Shown here: positions 60,742 to 64,000 of the stretch, one piece after another
Layout: every line of letters starts with the position of its first letter
Position numbering within the stretch: position 1 is the stretch's first letter
From: Candidatus Bathyarchaeota archaeon
GTDB taxonomy: Archaea > Thermoproteota > Bathyarchaeia > 40CM-2-53-6 > RBG-13-38-9
Length of the DNA: 64,000 nucleotides
Direction of reading: 5' to 3'
Assembly (NCBI GenBank): GCA_963807605.1
Contig: CAWECG010000003.1
Span: 512,001 to 576,000 of the forward strand
The notes under the pieces: model-generated
The model's input: the letters and a program-made list of their open reading frames with translations, nothing else
Database searches by the model: none
Told to the model about the DNA's origin: nothing
Translations under genes and position numbers: made by a program

Positions 60742-61653
60742 GTGATAGGCCAAGACAGGACGATAGAACTTGTGAGTATGTCAAGGCAGCCTATGCCTTC
60801 AGTCGAGAAGCTGAGGGTGACTGTTCTTGTCGAAGATTCAGTGACTATGGAGAAGCCTGATCTGGTAGCCAAACATGGCTTGTCTTTTCTAATTGAAACA
60901 AGCTTCGCAGGCACCAATTCTAGAATTCTTGTCGATGCTGGCCCTCCACCTGACATAGCATTACAGAACGCGGACATAATGGGCGTTAGCTTGCAAAAAG
61001 TAGATGCAATATTCATCAGCCATGGACACTACGACCATGCAGGAGGACTGCTAGAGATTCTGAAGAGCATAAACAAACCGATACCTGTGCTCGCTCACCC
61101 AAGAATCTTCAGCCCCAAGTTTGCTCATAAACCAAATCTGAAGTACATCGGGCTAGGATACGATCCATCATCCATCACGAACACAAGAGGAGCGTTGATC
61201 CTAGCGCGAAATCCGGTCAAAATAATGGATGGTGTAACAACAAGTGGTGAAGTTGCGAGAGAGACCATTTTCGAGAAAGCCGAAGGATTATGGACCGTGG
61301 AGAATGAATGTTTCATGCAGGACGCTGTCATCGACGATCAAGCCCTAATTGTCAATGTCAGTGGCAAAGGTCTTGTTGTTGTAACGGGCTGTGCACACTC
61401 GGGAATCATAAATACGGTTAAACATGTCCAGAAGACAACTGGAATAAACAATGTCCACGCCATCCTAGGAGGCTTACATCTAGCCAATGCGGACGACAAG
61501 AGAGTTCAAACAAGCATAGACGAACTTGTAAGAAACAAGGTTGGGTCTATCTATCCTTGTCACTGCACAGGTTCCAAAGCGATCCATCAACTTCAAGAAA
61601 CCCTAGGATACCGTTGCAAACCTATTCATACTGGAGACATAATCGAACTCTGA
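60742..61653 (+). CDS. MBL-fold hydrolase of the archaeal dihydropterin-RFAP synthase-like family
   Basis: HGLSFLIE, ISHGHYDH.GG, DDQAL, TGCAHSG, GGLHL, PCHCTG. Confidence 0.85.
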   Translation: MIGQDRTIELVSMSRQPMPSVEKLRVTVLVEDSVTMEKPDLVAKHGLSFLIETSFAGTNSRILVDAGPPPDIALQNADIMGVSLQKVDAIFISHGHYDHAGGLLEILKSINKPIPVLAHPRIFSPKFAHKPNLKYIGLGYDPSSITNTRGALILARNPVKIMDGVTTSGEVARETIFEKAEGLWTVENECFMQDAVIDDQALIVNVSGKGLVVVTGCAHSGIINTVKHVQKTTGINNVHAILGGLHLANADDKRVQTSIDELVRNKVGSIYPCHCTGSKAIHQLQETLGYRCKPIHTGDIIEL

Positions 61654-61719
61654 CTCTGTACACCATAAAGATCAGTCGTATGCGATTAGTTCCGTTAAAT
61701 TGCAAATGAGCGTGATGAA

Positions 61720-62535
61720 GTGCCCGGCCAAATCATTAGGGAATTGTTGGCACATATAGAAAAGAAGATCCCCGACATAGACAACCTGAAAGTATGTGAT
61801 GTCCGCATTGGACTCGGTTACACGGGCGTAAAGTTGAGTACGGGCCAAGCTGGCGTGTGTCACACCTTAGCAGATGAACCAGTTTGTTGCCAGAAAATCG
61901 ACCGTGCCGGAACATTCTCTGGGAGCTTGGCTCTGGAAATCGCTAGATTGGCAGATTCCTGGAAGCTTGGAGAGGCTGTGGTTGGCGTCGCAACCATAAA
62001 CGCTCTTTCCGAGATAGTGCTTCAAACAAGTACTGACAGATATTCGATTACTGAGAACGCAGACTGCACAGATCAAATAGAGATCAACAATGATGATACC
62101 GTAGCGATGGCAGGTTACATCAGACCGTTCATCCCCTTCATTAGAAGCAAAGCCAAGACACTCTACATAATGGAAAGGAATCCAAGAGTGCAGGATGAAG
62201 ACGTATTACCCGACAGTGCATGCTCAGAGATAATTCCAAAAGCTGACATAGTCATCATCACGGGAACTGCAGTCGCAAACGGAACGATAGACACCCTCCT
62301 TGAGCTGTCGAGAAATGCCAGAGAAGTCGCGGTGGTAGGCCCTACTGCAAGTATGATCCCCGACCCCTTATTCAAGCGCGGAGCAACTATGATGGGTGGA
62401 ATCAGCGTCACCAACAGTGAGAGGCTGCTGCAAGTGATATCGGAGGGCGGTGGAGTACCTCAATTCAAGAACGCTTGTAGACAGATGGTGATCAGACCGA
62501 GAAAGGGACGTGCTCTGAATTCACGTGTTAAGTGA
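61720..62535 (+). CDS. DUF364 domain protein
   Basis: VRIGLGYT, GVATINA, DIVIITGT...NGT, VGPTAS. Confidence 0.85.
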   Translation: MPGQIIRELLAHIEKKIPDIDNLKVCDVRIGLGYTGVKLSTGQAGVCHTLADEPVCCQKIDRAGTFSGSLALEIARLADSWKLGEAVVGVATINALSEIVLQTSTDRYSITENADCTDQIEINNDDTVAMAGYIRPFIPFIRSKAKTLYIMERNPRVQDEDVLPDSACSEIIPKADIVIITGTAVANGTIDTLLELSRNAREVAVVGPTASMIPDPLFKRGATMMGGISVTNSERLLQVISEGGGVPQFKNACRQMVIRPRKGRALNSRVK

Positions 62536-62553
62536 AGCCGAGGATATCAATCA

Positions 62554-62833
62554 ATGTCTCAGAACGAAGATATTTTGGCCTTCGGCCCTGTTCCATCGAG
62601 GCGCCTAGGGCGAAGCCTGGGCATAAACAATATCCCAGCAAAGGTATGCACCTATTCTTGCATCTACTGCCAATTGGTAGAACAACAAGGCTTCGGATTG
62701 ACAGACAACGATTTCATGACCTCGAATCGATATCTGCACAGGTGGAAAAGAAGGTTAACCAATCCAGAACTGCGCAGCAACCCATAGATTATCTCACTTT
62801 CGTCCCTGATGGAGAACCAACTCTAGACGTAAA
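62554..62833 (+). pseudogene. Radical SAM gene, frameshifted and truncated
   Basis: [26 protein letters not shown], then DYLTFVPDGEPTLD in another frame; ends at GCGCGCG. Confidence 0.85.
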
Positions 62834-62885
62834 GCGCGCGAACCGCGAGTTAACATACTAGGCAACGAAAAGGAGGTGAACACGT

Positions 62886-63029
62886 TTGGCGAAAGATCCC
62901 GTATGTGGAATGAACGTAGATGAGAAGACGGCTAAGATCAAATCAGAATATAGTGGAAAGTCATACTACTTCTGCAATCTGGCATGCAAACAGACTTTTG
63001 ACAAGAATCCGAGTAAATTCACAAAGTAG
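62886..63029 (+). CDS. YHS/TRASH domain metal-binding protein (47 aa)
   Basis: GGAGGTGA SD; AKDPVCGM.VD...YYFC...C...F.KNP. Confidence 0.85.
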   Translation: MAKDPVCGMNVDEKTAKIKSEYSGKSYYFCNLACKQTFDKNPSKFTK

Positions 63030-63094
63030 AGCTGTAATGAAGCATCACTAGCTAGACAGAGCCTTCTTCTTATATGAAATGGTTATGTTAGATT

Positions 63095-64000
63095 CTAGAG
63101 TTTTGGCTTGAACCTGTTCAGCAGCAGTGAGTTGCTTACCACGGTGACAGAACTGAATGCCATTGCTCCGGCCGCTAGGAAAGGAAGAACATTGTAGATC
63201 TGTGGACCGAAGAAGGGAACCAAGCCTCCTGCAGCAACAGGAATCAGGCCGATGTTGTAGAAGAACGCCCAAAAGAGGTTCTGCTTTATCTTAGCAACAG
63301 TCTTCCGACTGAGTTCTATAGCGGTGACTACTCCTCTCAAATCATCTCTAATGAGGACTACCCCGCTAGTCTCTTTTGCTACATCTGTTCCGCTCCCAAT
63401 TGCAATTCCGAGGTCTGCTTTCGCCAATGCGGGTGCATCGTTGACACCGTCTCCCACCATTCCGACCCTGTTGCCTCCTTCTTTGAGCTTGTCGATGACC
63501 TCCACTTTCTGGTGTGGCAAGACATTAGCGATAACCTTCTGTATCCCGAGCTTCTTCGCAATAGAGTTGGCTGTACGCTCATTATCTCCCGTCAACATGA
63601 CGACCTCGATTCCCATATCTCTGAGTTGTTGAATTGCTTCAACCGAATACTCCTTCAGTGTATCAGCCACCGCAATTAGGCCGACGAGGCGTTCGTCTGA
63701 GGCCTCCATCATCACTGTTTTTCCGTCTTCCTCCAATCGTCTAATCTTTTTTTCAGCAGTCTCGAAGATGATTCCATTTTCCGTCATCAGTGTTCTGTTG
63801 CCCAGGAGAACTCTGTGTCCGGAAATCTCGGCTAAGACTCCTTTCCCAGGGATTGCTTCGAAAGACTCAGCTTCCTCGATTAGCAGTTGTTTCTCTGTGG
63901 CTGCTCTTACTATGGCTTCGCCAAGTGGGTGCTCTGATCCTTTCTCAGCAACGGCGGCCAGCCGCAGAATCTCATCTTCGGGCAGGTCACTTGTTACAGC
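63095..64000 (-). CDS. copA: Heavy-metal (Cu) P1B-type ATPase, C-terminal part; continues beyond the window
   Basis: SEHPL, GKG, MLTGDN, GDGVNDAPAL, QNLFWAF.YN, MAFSS. Confidence 0.92.
   Translation of the reverse strand, partial: AVTSDLPEDEILRLAAVAEKGSEHPLGEAIVRAATEKQLLIEEAESFEAIPGKGVLAEISGHRVLLGNRTLMTENGIIFETAEKKIRRLEEDGKTVMMEASDERLVGLIAVADTLKEYSVEAIQQLRDMGIEVVMLTGDNERTANSIAKKLGIQKVIANVLPHQKVEVIDKLKEGGNRVGMVGDGVNDAPALAKADLGIAIGSGTDVAKETSGVVLIRDDLRGVVTAIELSRKTVAKIKQNLFWAFFYNIGLIPVAAGGLVPFFGPQIYNVLPFLAAGAMAFSSVTVVSNSLLLNRFKPKL

Noticed and set aside
20251-62840. Classical integron with attC cassettes
   Set aside because: No integron integrase and no recurring RYYYAAC...GTTRRRY hairpins; modules occur on both strands.

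Overview
Archaeal window (TACK-like, most consistent with Bathyarchaeia; this is inferred from eIF6/LX/pfdA/ftsY, L35Ae, two thermosome subunits and methanopterin-type genes). Bases 1-20 kb are mostly core genes: a 2-oxoacid:ferredoxin oxidoreductase alpha/beta pair, a translation/secretion cluster, pterin biosynthesis and a thermosome pair. From about 20.2 kb the window is a patchwork accessory region of redox, sulfur, metal and ABC-transport modules, with an intact IS5-family element, a decayed IS6-like element and many gene fragments. The strongest unexplained signal is a short alternating palindrome, (CG)n/(GC)n, often exactly ACGCGCGCGT or AGCGCGCGCT. It recurs between modules and sits at the breakpoints of several truncated genes (a thermosome 5' end fused to an OsmC 3' end, HxlR, an ABC permease, a radical SAM gene, a transposase). 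It is also the IS target site. This suggests a sequence-directed gene-shuffling or excision-footprint process. Other highlights: an ArsR-HdrA-N-like-ferredoxin-4xDGC-GcvH operon inside a segment bounded by ~230-bp inverted repeats, a palindromic operator shared by three metal/Fe-S loci, gene-conversion tracts between the thermosome paralogs, a Rho-N-like/L35Ae fusion and a tRNA-3'-end-like att remnant. All family calls come from recognising motifs by eye; no searches were run.
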